Made by a program: the position numbers and the translations under genes. DNA of 64,000 bases, from assembly GCA_950097015.1 (NCBI GenBank), contig CATNEN010000033.1:4092001-4156000 (forward strand), given 5' to 3'. This DNA is from Macrostomum hystrix. Lineage: Eukaryota; Animalia; Platyhelminthes. The notes under the pieces were generated by a model. The model was given only the letters and a program-made list of their open reading frames with translations, searched no databases and had not been told where the DNA came from. Within the stretch, counting starts at the first letter, position 1, and each line of letters opens with the position of its first letter. Shown piece by piece: positions 1 through 11,266 of this stretch.

Positions 1-169
1 CAAATGTTAGGTCGCACCGGCTCAGATATCTGAGCAGTTGTAGGCAGTTTTTTATTACCAACAATGAGTCAATGCGGTTAGTCGAAACACTCCTCTAGTG
101 AAAATCAAGAGCTTGTGTTATGGATATATCCCCTCACATGCACAACCAAACCTACTGCAGAGTCAAGCC

Positions 170-577
170 TCAGAGCTGGCCGGAGTCACGCAGGAACTGC
201 TCATAGTCAGCGTACATGTCGTCTGTCATGCTCTGCGATGTGTTCGAGACGCTGGCCACGGCGGCGAAGCCGGGCGGTGGCCGGCCCCAGCCGGAGGCGC
301 GCAGCTCCAACAGCCGGATGATGTCGGTGGCCAGGCCGACGTCGCCGACGCGGCAGTGGGCGACAGCCTGGCGCAGTCGTTCGTAGACCTCCTCCAGCTG
401 CTGGGCGGGCGTCGCTGAAGCGTCCTCGCCGCCGTTGATAGCGGCGCCGGCGGCTGCGGGTGACGAGCAATCGGCGTCCAGGAGCTCGCCGACATTGAGC
501 AGGGCCGAGTGGACGGCGCGAAAAGCGGCCGGACAGCCGGACAGGCCGACGAGCTGGCAGAGTAGCTGCACAGCGGC
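170..577 (-). CDS. PAIP1: PAIP1-like protein, terminal coding exon
   Basis: Phase-0 acceptor at 578 (alternative CAG at 566); LLELRASGWGR recalls PAIP1 LVELRSSNWGR and C-terminal DDMYADYEQFL recalls EEAYEKFC (from memory, not a search); TGA at 170-172. Confidence 0.72.
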   Translation of the reverse strand, partial: AAVQLLCQLVGLSGCPAAFRAVHSALLNVGELLDADCSSPAAAGAAINGGEDASATPAQQLEEVYERLRQAVAHCRVGDVGLATDIIRLLELRASGWGRPPPGFAAVASVSNTSQSMTDDMYADYEQFLRDSGQL

Positions 578-665
578 CTTGGTTGGAGATTGGTTTAAAA
601 TCGAATATCATAATTCAAGTTTTGGTACAAAGCATGCTGATTCAATCAGTTCTATAAATTCTCAC

Positions 666-896
666 TCTGCAAACTGCCGGCTGCCGGCTGCCGGCCGGAG
701 AGCTGGGATTAGGCAGGCAGGTATAGAGCAGGCAGAACAGCAGCGCATAGTTCGCCTGCTCCTCTGTGGCTGATTTCTGCGCTGCCAACTGCCGACGAAG
801 TCTATCGTTCTCCGTTGAGCAGTGTCGCATGAGGGCAGTGAAGACCGGATAGTGGACGGATAGCGAGTTACCTTGATCCACCAGGTTCGGACTCTC
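666..896 (-). CDS. PAIP1: PAIP1-like protein, coding exon 2 (MIF4G helices)
   Basis: Acceptor taacag|GAG at 897/896 and donor AGA|GTGAGA at 666/665, both phase 0 and in frame with neighbouring exons (ESPNLVDQGN...AVCR). Confidence 0.68.
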
Positions 897-1030
897 CTGT
901 TATTCAGTTGGCGATTTTTTAGTGTTTTATAAAAAAATACCTCTTAGCTATAAGCGCTATCTGTAACACCTATCGGGTCACCTGACCTTTCATTCGTCAG
1001 ATAAACTCGAATAATCTCAGATTTTATTTT

Positions 1031-1460
1031 CTTCGGTCACCTAGTCTCTGATTCCTTCGGTCACCTGGTCTCTGATTCCTTCGGTCACCTGGTCTCTGAT
1101 TCCTTCGGTCACCTAGTCTCTGATTCCTTCGGTCACCTGGTCTCTGATTCCTTCGGTCATCTGGTCTCTGATTCCTTAGGTCACCTGGTCTCTGACTCCT
1201 TCGGTCACCTGGTCTCTGATTCCTTCGGTCACCTGGTCTCTGACTCCTTCGGTCACCTGGTCTCTGACTCCTTCGGTCACCTGGTCTCTGATTCCTTCGG
1301 TCACCTGGTCTCTGACTCCTTCGGTCACCTGGTCTCTGACTCCTTCGGTCACCTGGTCTCTGATTCCTTCGGTCACCTGGTCTATGATTCCTTCGGTCAC
1401 CTGGTCTATGATTCCTTCGGTCACCTGGTCTCTGATTCCTTCGGTCACCTGGTCTCTGAT
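1031..1460. repeat. 24-bp minisatellite (CTTCGGTCACCTGGTCTCTGATTC)n, ~18 copies, inside PAIP1-like intron 1
   Basis: Direct reading; produces the spurious RRNQRPGD ORF. Confidence 0.97.
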
Positions 1461-1487
1461 TGCCCCATTTCAAGCAACTAATCTCAC

Positions 1488-1994
1488 CTTCTCCGACACC
1501 TTGAAGCTAAGGGCCAGGTGAGCCAACAGGCCGGCGGCCGGCTCGCAAAGGACCAGTTCGGCGGACCCCAGTTGAATTAGCGATCGAACCAGTTGGTCCA
1601 AATCGTCGCGAGTTCGCGCCCACCTGCGCAGCGTGGCGAGACCGGACCCCATGCTGGACTGGGCCTGCTCCCTGTCTAGGGCGGACCGCAGATTTCCAAG
1701 CAGCTGCGAAGCCATCTGAGCCGCGGCACTGTCCCCGGACGGTGTAGCCGACGTTGACGACGATGCAGACGGCGCAGAGGGAGTGGGAACGAAGTCGGCT
1801 ACATTGACATTCCACTCGTGGGCGGCTACGTCGGGCATGACGCTGGCGGAGCCGCCGGCGCCAAGAATGGGCCGGCCAACGCTAGATTGCGACTCCTTTG
1901 CCGCGGCGTTGGCGTCGCTAAGGAAATGTCTACCATGCTGCTGCTGCTGCTGTTCCTGACTGCCTGTGGTGACCTGCTTTTGCTGCTCACTCAT
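1488..1994 (-). CDS. PAIP1: PAIP1-like protein, coding exon 1 (PAM2-like motif, start of MIF4G region)
   Basis: ATG at 1994 (MSEQQK...); motif HEWNVNVADFVP resembles PAM2 (LNxxAxEFxP); ends AAG|GTGAGA, phase-0 donor at 1487. Confidence 0.7.
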
Positions 1995-4900
1995 GACTCT
2001 TATACCAGGCGTTGGTTTAAAGTGAGAAAGAGAAAATATGTTCAATAGATATCGACCACTTTTTTATAGAAACTTCACGAACTTTTCTCTGTCTGTTTAT
2101 AGAATGCAACGAAACTGAAAGGTGAGATTTTTTCAACACATTATGAACCAACCTGGACAATAACATTAATTTGAAAAATGAAAATGGTAAATTTACACAA
2201 GTTTTGCTTTTTAGAAAATAAAATAATATAAAATCACTTAAAAAGTGGAAAAAAATGTAAGTGATTCTGTCCAATGGCTAACTGCACATCAGAACTCTTA
2301 TTTTATGAACTCAGAATATTTATTTCTTTTTACTTTGCAAAAAGTTATAGGTTGTCAATGTAACATACAAATATCTGTTAATGCTTTTGGGCTTAACCTG
2401 CTTCTGATAAAAATAAAGTTAGAAGTTAAATATAAAAAGACAAAATATCTAATTTTGTTAAATTAGGCCTTTTGTTTATCTTTATTAAAAACATAAGTAG
2501 AATTTCATAATAAGAATTGTTTATCTGACCACCAACTTGTCCTATTTATCTCCACTCTCTAATAGGCATACTCTCACTTATCATTTTATACATTAAATAA
2601 ATATTTGTTAAGTTTCCATCAAAGTAATACATATAGGTAAGTCATAAATACTTAGCCTGAATCCAAACATGGATTCCAAAAAATCTTTTTTAATATCAAT
2701 TTTTATTTTAAGAAGCTCCTGACCAAAAAATCCTATTAAATGATCCAATGATCCAAGCAAATGGACCACAATGGATTGAAACATAAAATGTATATAGCCA
2801 ATTAAAGTGTCCTAATTAAGTCAGCATAGATGTAGATACAATTATATAGGCTTAGGTTTATATAGCCTATAAGCCCTAGGGGCCAAGATGTAATGGTAAC
2901 AGTTGTTTTGTCTGCTTGACACATATCTTAGTTTGGATTAAAGGATGAGAATATATTTTACTAATTGAGATCTTTAAAACTTCTAAAAAATGTTTCCCTT
3001 TTAAAATTGATGTTTCATTTGTATTTATGATTTTTGCTATTATTTAATTTAGGCAAATGCTATCAATCCCAATTCCTTTAAAATATTTCAATTAGCCACA
3101 ACCTACAAATGGTCCTCAACTGGACCCTGTATTTGGTCACTTTGTCAACTAGCCAATCAGGCCATCTTAAACTATGGTCAATTAGTCAACTATCCAATTA
3201 TGCATTAACTGCATACATACTATATTACATTGCTGTCATACTATACAGCATACTGTATAGTTAGTCTGTAGTTGAGGGCCAAAAGTTAAAGGCATAAAAT
3301 AGTTACATATATACAAACTTTTGTAACTAACTATATATCAAAGTGAGCACATTATAGTGCCCACACAATGGGCCAGGATGGATTACAATAAACTCAACTA
3401 TGCTATATTGTCTATTGTATTGCATCCCTCCTCCTTTCTCATTTCAGTAAGATGGACTGGCTCCTTTAACAGACCTGCTTCAAGAGTGTACAGTTCAACT
3501 AAGAAGCTAGCAGCATTGGATCCTAGACACTTCGTCATCCACTTGGAAGGTAGGACACTTCGTCATCTAGCCAATTGGCATGCTCTAAAGTTTGGTCAGT
3601 TCATCATCTACTAATAACAAGCATCAATAAAGTATTGTCATCAATAAAGTGAGGGTGGGGTGGTAGGGCAGAGGTGTGAACACACTTCACACTCTAAATT
3701 GTCAAAAAGAGGTGTCAAACTGATTTCATTATAAGAGTTGAAAGATAGGTGCCAACATGATGTGAGGAGGTGGGGAGGGGTGGTTCTGTTTGACTTTGAA
3801 AACTTTTGTTTTATAGACGACAAAGTGTCCACAAGTCTAAGTGTCTTCGTTATCTACCCTCTGAGATATTGGACAGATCGTCATCTGGATGACGAAGTTG
3901 TAAGATGATGAAGTGTCCAGGTACCAGCAGCCTTGACCATCACTGCATGTCACAAAAAAGTGTTACTGTCCAATAATTTTACCCTTAGTCTCTATCTATT
4001 TCTTATCGTGGCTATGATTCACTCACCACTCTTCAATTAATGTACATACAGTAGCTTATCGATTGCCCCACTCTATGTTGTTATTGTCAGCCATGCTCAC
4101 TCAGCTGTACCCCTGTCAAGACCCACCCCTCCCTTATCGGTTTATACTACCCTGTTAGTGCAATAAATAAACTGTTAAAGGCCTAGAGGCTAGAGCCTCT
4201 GCTGGAGTTTGCTGACCGTCACCTAAACCATGGCTGGTCACTTTGTCAACGACAAATTAGGGCACCCCTTAATTCTAGTCACTTTGTCAACCTTTGTCAA
4301 TCAAATGTGTAAAACTACAGGATTGACAGATTTCTAAATGGTAATATAAGCTTAGTGGAATTATCATTTTATGCTTTAGGGCCTACCAAATTACTAGTCT
4401 AGGCCTTGAACTTAATACTTGAACTTAAAAAGTACTTCTAGCGGTCCAGTAAAATTGGGAAATTTATACTGTCTATCTTGCTATAATAAATTAATAAATC
4501 CACAAATTGTAAAAATTGTTAGAGCTACATTGTAATATTAATTAACTATAGACATGAATTTTTCACCATAGAATTTTCTGTCATTAGGCATCAAACAAAT
4601 TAATCTTGTCAATATTTAAAAGTTGTCTTGCACTGTGTTCACGTTCTTTATTTGTTTCTTTTTAATAGCACACTTATGGGTTTCGGTTTCCGTGTTGTGT
4701 CTGTGTTTGTACTGTACCGTGTGTGATTATGCTTTAAATTGTTTCGTCGAAAATTAACGATCCAATATTTTGTTACCAAGCTAATGAGTAAAACAAAGAG
4801 AGTTATTGAGAAAGGTATAGAAACTTAGCTCGACGATACAGTACCGTTTTGTCACTGAGTTGAAAGATGCTAGTATTTTTGTTTCGATTTAACTGCAGCA

Positions 4901-5836
4901 TATTTTCAGTTTACGTTTTACTTTAGTTTGTTGGTCTAGCTCAGGGGTCGACAAACTCAGGCCCGCCTCATAGAGAAATTTAGAGATAGATGTACGAGTA
5001 TAAAATAACTTGTGTTGTTTTTCTATTTTTAAACTGCGACGGTCCTCTTCATTTTTTAGATTCGTGTATGTTTCATACACTAATTTAATCGTTGTTGTGT
5101 TACTATTTTTCTTCTAGCCCCATAAATTTTCTCTTTTAAAGCCTCGTCATTTGTTGCTATTTACACTTTTTAATCAAGACCCTTTCTCGGTTGGCCTCGA
5201 CGCTTCTATATCGAACAACTGTGTATCAATACAAGTGCAAAATAATTATCGGCCAAACCATAGGCGTCTTGTCTGAATTATAGCCCGTCATTTTTTATAT
5301 ATATTTCGAATTAATGGACCCTGGCGTTCAAAAGAAATTATCCATAGAAAGAATCACGTTTGAAATTAAAATAATGCAAAATAAGCACTATATTTTTGCC
5401 TAACAGGTGCTTGGCCTGAGCGATAAATTTTACCAGTTAGCTACTAGATGTAAACATAAGTTGATGCGGTTGATATTTGGACTGTATATTTGTTTGTAAA
5501 TCGAGCGATGCGATCTATCCGTATATGGGTATAGGAATTACGAGTACTTATACCTTTCGTCGATGTACTTTTAAAAAGAAGTTTTGAGAAACTGAGAGAA
5601 ACTACAAGCTATATTATTTCGTGCTTGTTGCGAATTCTAGCATACTTAGTTGTATAGTTTTACGAGCGAAGCTAAGTTTCAGTAAAACACATAGACAAAT
5701 AATTCGTTTTTAAGTGGCTTAAGTAGCTTTAGGAACGCTTGTCTCGTTCAGCTTAATTCCAAGTGGGTCGAAAGAGGCAGAATATTGTGCTCCTAAATTT
5801 ATTGGGCCGAATATAGCGAGACAGACCGAAAGAAGG

Positions 5837-5970
5837 ATGTCTGATCGCAACAGCAGTAACAGCAGCAGCAGCAGCCAGACTGGGCTGGATGGCAACAGCA
5901 AGACTGTCCAGTGTGTCGGCACGCCGAGCAACGGAGTCTGCTTAGGGGACGAAATTTCCGACTGGCAGCA
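5837..5970 (+). CDS. KH-like protein, coding exon 1
   Basis: ATG at 5837 (MSDRNSSNSSSSS...), donor CA|GTAAGT at 5971, phase 2. Confidence 0.65.
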
Positions 5971-6217
5971 GTAAGTTGCAATATGAAATGCAGAACTTTG
6001 CTACCGTTTAAATCAAATTTTCTGGGTTTACGGCGCCTGCGTTCTTTTATTTTACTAACAAAAACAGGCCTTTTTGGAATTCGGATGTCTCATCTCAGAG
6101 GAGGCATATGCTGCTTGCGAAACGGGTGAGACTGAATTGGTTCATGAGGAACCTTCCGTTCCAAATGGCTGCTGATGTATTTCACTGACAGAATATCAGT
6201 TCTGTTCTTTAACAAAG

Positions 6218-6366
6218 CTCTAAAAATCTAACGAAAATGCAGAGAAATCCAGGGCAGGTCCTTTGCGACTCGTCGACTGTAAGTGGCTGGACACACAGCC
6301 AGAGCAATAACCAGCTGCAGGATTCTGGTTCTCGTGAGGCGGCTGAAAACTTTTCAAACGACAGAT
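6218..6366 (+). CDS. KH-like protein, coding exon 2
   Basis: Acceptor ttctttaacaaag|C matches phase 2; open frame; donor T|GTAGGA at 6367, phase 1. Confidence 0.6.
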
Positions 6367-6473
6367 GTAGGAGTTTTTATTTACGTTTTTTTCATGAATA
6401 TGGTGTTTATATATCAATCAAAATCTATCAAAACTTCCGTTTCACGTGCTTGACATTGCTCATAATTTTATAG

Positions 6474-6577
6474 CCAAGCAATTTGATGAAGCGTTTGGCG
6501 AGGCCGGCTCCGATAGCCAAGCTGTTCAACCCCAGTCCCCGTTCACAAACGGCGAATTTTACGCTGACTCAAGCTCT
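6474..6577 (+). CDS. KH-like protein, coding exon 3
   Basis: Acceptor ttttatag|CC matches phase 1; donor TCT|GTGAGT at 6578, phase 0. Confidence 0.68.
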
Positions 6578-6667
6578 GTGAGTAACTATTCACTACCTCA
6601 TTTTCATTTTTTCTATATGTACGTTTTCTCCTTGCTGTTGTTAACATGCACGACCTCCATTCTAAAG

Positions 6668-7609
6668 AATGCGAATCAGGACTGCAGCACCAAAATGTCA
6701 ACACCGCAAGGCGGTTGGAACAACTTAACGATTTCAAATTTAATCGAGAAGGCCATTATGGACTTCTGCTCAACGCGAACATTGGAAACAATGCGGCGCG
6801 CGTTTTCTGAATTCCCAGACGAGTTGGATCCGACACAGCACAATGGACGCCCAGGGGAACGCTCGGCTCTGGTCTCGCACACAGTCACCGGCGAGCTGGT
6901 GAAGGAGGGCATCATCATCGGAAATATTGACGTTTTTGCCCCTCAAGTGCACAAAGAGTTCTGCCTGAAGATGAAGGACAGCCTGGTGGAAGGCTTCCTC
7001 AATGACAGCGCAATCTTCCGCTCGATCTGCCTCCGGACCAAGTGCCAGCTGGAGATCACCCGGCGTCTGCTCAATAAGAAGCTCTGCGCCGGGGGCCGCT
7101 GGGTGAAGTTTCTTATTGTGCGCATCGTTGGTCCCAGCTTCCGCGCGATCAGCACCTGTGACAAGCTGCTGCAGAAGACGGTGCCAAGCTATATGGGCCG
7201 CATGGATTATAGTAGAACCGCTTGCTGTCGCATGTTCTTCCGCGAGGACATACCAGACAACACCACATTGTACCACAACATGCAGCGAACTGGTGGCACC
7301 TCGTACCGCTTCGGATCGCTGCGGCTTGACACACCGTACAAAACCACCGCGGCCAGAAACATTAGCAACTGTCCGTGGAAGAGCGGCGCAATGAAGGTCG
7401 GCAAACTGGCGTTCTCAGGCTCCGGATCTAACAAGTGCATGAAGCAGGTGTACCCAGGCTATGGCCACCTGAAAGTCACACCGATGGCACCCGAGTCCAA
7501 AGGCATCAGCGCTGTAGATTGCGTTGAGCGCATGCAAATGGAGGCGGCTAACAAACGAAACATGCTGTTTAACGAGCGCCGCAATATGACCATCGCGATT
7601 AATCGCTAA
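6668..7609 (+). CDS. KH-like protein, terminal coding exon (putative degenerate type-I KH domain)
   Basis: Long GC-rich open frame to TAA 7607-7609; phase-0 acceptor at 6667 (alternative 6679); segment KEFCLKM-DSLVEGFLNDSAIFRSICLRTKCQLEIT-FLIVRIVG-FRAISTCDKLLQ has KH-like hydrophobic spacing. Coding status is firm, domain call is tentative. Confidence 0.75.
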   Translation, partial: NANQDCSTKMSTPQGGWNNLTISNLIEKAIMDFCSTRTLETMRRAFSEFPDELDPTQHNGRPGERSALVSHTVTGELVKEGIIIGNIDVFAPQVHKEFCLKMKDSLVEGFLNDSAIFRSICLRTKCQLEITRRLLNKKLCAGGRWVKFLIVRIVGPSFRAISTCDKLLQKTVPSYMGRMDYSRTACCRMFFREDIPDNTTLYHNMQRTGGTSYRFGSLRLDTPYKTTAARNISNCPWKSGAMKVGKLAFSGSGSNKCMKQVYPGYGHLKVTPMAPESKGISAVDCVERMQMEAANKRNMLFNERRNMTIAINR

Positions 7610-7758
7610 AATTACGAAGCACTTTGTCCTCCAACTTGAGGCCCGTTTTTTTACTTCTATTGCGCAACCTTTGATTATCAATTCATTTTTCAATACAGCG
7701 TAAACTCGCTCAAAGACAATTTATTCTTTCAGATAATATTTCTCCGAAACTTTTTGAG

Positions 7759-7764
7759 AATAAA
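7759..7764 (+). promoter_or_regulatory. Probable polyadenylation signal of the KH-like gene
   Basis: AATAAA 150 nt after the stop codon. Confidence 0.45.
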
Positions 7765-7961
7765 GCCTGAAGCGGTTTGAGCTACTAAAACATGTAAATA
7801 GGACTTATACGCGTTCTTTACTGGAGCTATGGGTTCAATGCTAGACACAAGGCCCCCATGCTGGACATAAGTTGCATGAGAAAGACAGCTAGGCACGCAT
7901 CTCTAAATAGGATTCAAGACTAGCTTTGAAACTGAGCATGCACTCATTTGAATCTGCGAGC

Positions 7962-8809
7962 CAAGGACCACTGTAGTATAACAGGACGGGAAACTCAAAG
8001 ATCGTGTAAATTTTTAGAAGGCCGATTTCCTGGAAAAAATACACTGCGGAGATAGGAAAAAGTCATTTTTCAGCACATAATCAATTATTGCTTTTGATCT
8101 GGAGCAAGTTCAAATCCGTTAATCTTAGTACAGCATGCCCAACATTAAGCTCCGTTGTTTTTATATAGCTTCGTTTATAAAAGTCTTATTTTCACATATA
8201 TATACTATATAATAGTGTCTTACAATATTCTAAATATTCTAATATTCTTAGCTAAATATTCTTAATTTGGCCTAAATTGTTTGAATTAACAAATTAGCTA
8301 AATACTTTAGCAAAACTAACAGCCAAAAATTAATTAACTTACTTGGTTGCATTAAAATCATTTTGAAATTTGTTGTACCTTTATAGCTATACAGTTGCTA
8401 CTGTTATATTAGTTAACTTTTTTGGCTGTTAGTTTTGCCAAACTATTTAGCTAATTTGTTAATTCAAACAATTTAGGCCAAATTAAGAATATTTAGCTAT
8501 CATATTTTGAGCCATTAAATGTGCTAGTCTATAGTCTATATAGATTCAAGACACTATTATATAGTATATATATGTGAAAATAAGACTTTTATAAACGAAG
8601 CTATATAAAAACAACGGAGCTTAATGTTGGGCATGCTGTACTAAGATTAACGGATTTGAACTTGCTCCAGATCAAAAGCAATAATTGATTTTGTGCTGAA
8701 AAAAATGACTTTTTCCTATCTCCGCAGTGTATTTTTTCCAGGAAATTGGCCTTCTAAAAATTTACACGATCTTTGAGTTTCCCGTCCTGTTATACTACAG
8801 TGGTCCTTG
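7962..8809. mobile_element. Non-autonomous foldback DNA transposon (P-element-like termini), 848 bp
   Basis: Termini CAAGGACCACTGTAG.../...CTACAGTGGTCCTTG; ~260-bp near-perfect TIRs (7962-~8221 vs ~8550-8809) plus an inner inverted pair (~8240-8335 vs ~8412-8499); perfect 8-bp TSD CTGCGAGC at 7954-7961 and 8810-8817; no ORF. Confidence 0.9.
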
Positions 8810-11039
8810 CTGCGAGCACGATCGCAGATCGACATCATTTGATGTTTCCGATTACGACATCCAAGCACATTAAGAAGCATGCAGTTCTAACTAAATTATG
8901 TTCGAAACGTGCATGAAGTAAAGTATAGTTCTGATGAACAAAAATCTGACCTTCGGCCAGAACTGTTGAATATCTCGATGGTCTGTAAGACTGGCGACTT
9001 GATTATTGTTTCAGAAGATGCGCAACAAAATTTGTCCCGTGATCGTGAGATTTCTGTGCGCTTACGTTGCTACGTTCGGCTGCCGCAAAAATAATTGTCA
9101 GGAGGGAATAAAAGCAAAATTGATTGGTAATCCTATACAGATAAACCTATTTCGATGGCTTTTTATGCCTGAAAATATGGTACATATTACGATGACCCAC
9201 AGCAATATGGACCACAGACGAATATGGACCTTCGGAGCTGGTATTAGTCATCAATATGCTGATACGCACATTATATGGCGACGTTAAATAATATACAGAG
9301 CTCGAAGTTCACTACTGCAAGTAGTGAAAATATGTTGTTTCATTTAAAACACGACTCTATGTTTAACGAACGGAAAATACTGTACGTGGCTATGTCAGCT
9401 GTTCAAATGTCTCCCCCCACAAGACTTGAACACTTTACTGGCGCAATACGAGGCAAACTCTAGTCCCTGCCGACAATGTGGCCATGCAGATAGCATCGCC
9501 TACATTACAGGTCGAGTCGCGCGCCCGCTCGCATAAAATTGAGTCTGCTATGCACAGCAGCTGGGCGGGAAACTTTTTCACGGACATAATTAGGTGATAA
9601 ATTTTCCCTATCCAACACCCGCACACACTGCACAGGAGAGCCTGGTCGATGCTCAACCCCAAACCTCTGGCTCATCACTGTGCCCAGTGTGTCACGGCCT
9701 GTTCTTCATTCACCATGCAATACAGCCGCACGCTCCAGCGATCTCCGCGTCGGCTTTGAGCTGCGCCTCCACCCAAGCGAGCCTCTCTAATACCTCACGG
9801 TAATCGCTTGGAACATGGAACCTCCCGGGTGTACATGGGAAGTGGAAAACAAAAGCAAAGAAAAGTTTCTTGTGGGGCGAATACGAGAACAAAAAAATTA
9901 GTAGGAGATAGTTTGCAATGTCTGTCAAGTAGAAAATTCAATACCCTGTATCTATGGTGGGTAGGGATATAAAATTTAAAAGTAAACACTGTACACTTCT
10001 CTCTGATCACACTGGGTCTCCTTGTCTCAGGGTTATACCATAGAGAACACTGTTTACTATTTGGGGTCAGACAGGCAATTTTAAAACCCCATGGTGTATC
10101 GAGAGTCCAGCTTAGAGTGTTGATAAAGCTTGATAAACGTGTCTAACATAGACGTTAGTAACCAAAAATGAATGCTTGACGAAATGTAGTAATGGCCCTT
10201 CTTGGCCATTGATCTTAATTATGTGCACCTTTACAAAGATCTTGTGGTCTAAAAAAGTAGTCAATGGTAGTGGGTAGTGGCCTTCCGGTCTCTTAGGACA
10301 ACGCAGCAAAGCATCATGATCGATGATATTATGATTATGAAGTCACGTGATTCAGTCCTGTATAATAGTCGATGGTATTAGTGTATTTCAGTCAAACACA
10401 GCGAATGAGCAGTCAGTGCAAATTCTCAAATATTACTCATAGCTAATTTTCTCGAAATCCTTAGTCAGCCAATCCGTTTCCTGCCCCGCCGTCTGTCTGC
10501 TTCCAATTCATACAATTCTTTCAAAGGCTGCTTTGAAAAGCTTCACAAAGAAAAAAAAACGGCAATAATTTGGAACATAGAATTGCCCAACATATTTTTC
10601 AAGCGCTTTTTACCCCACGGACCAGAGCCGAGTATCGTAACAACTACCTGTCTGGCTCAAGAGCATGCCTCACTGTCTAACGTCTTTGTACATTTCAACT
10701 GCATTCAATACCTCTTTACCAAATACTTTGTGTTTGAGGGTCTCAAATGATAGGAATACGACATCCCACAATGGAATTTGCATCGACCAGCTCAGCTGCA
10801 AAGCTCTGTTGAGCAAGCCCTCTTGGTGCGGCTTGAGGAATTACGGTCGGACATTTTTAAACTTGAGTATCGCGTGGCTTCTTTGTTCTAGACTTGTTCG
10901 GGCCTGCGAGAGTAGCATCTGTGCATATGCGCCAGTTTGGAGATGAGTGAGGAGAACAGAAAAAAGGGATCTGACAGTCATAAAGGTGACGACTGAAATT
11001 GGGATATGGCTTAGAGTGCGCTCACGGACAGCTCTTTGA

Positions 11040-11266
11040 TCACTCTGTCAATTCGTCACTCTGTCAATTCGTCACTCTGTCAATTCGTCACTCTGTCAAT
11101 TCGTCACTCTGTCAATTCGTCACTCTGTCAATTCGTCACTCTGTCAATTCGTCACTCTGTCAATTCGTCACTCTGTCAATTCGTCACTCTGTCAATTCGT
11201 CACTCTGTCAATTCGTCACTTTGTCAATTCGTCACTCTGTCAATTCGTCACTCTGTCAATTCGTCA
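11040..11266. repeat. 16-bp minisatellite (GTCACTCTGTCAATTC)n, ~14 copies
   Basis: Direct reading. Confidence 0.97.

Noticed and set aside
4889-5080. 63-aa minus-strand ORF between the divergent genes
   Set aside because: Non-ATG start, AT-rich, no splice partners or recognisable motif.
5719-5931. Minus-strand ORF with a Leu-rich stretch resembling a signal peptide
   Set aside because: Antisense reading of the AGC (Ser) run in exon 1 of the KH-like gene.
10010-10045. Minus-strand LRQGDP resembling the LINE reverse transcriptase QG motif
   Set aside because: Stop two codons later, no YADD-type motif at the expected distance and no other RT motifs seen.
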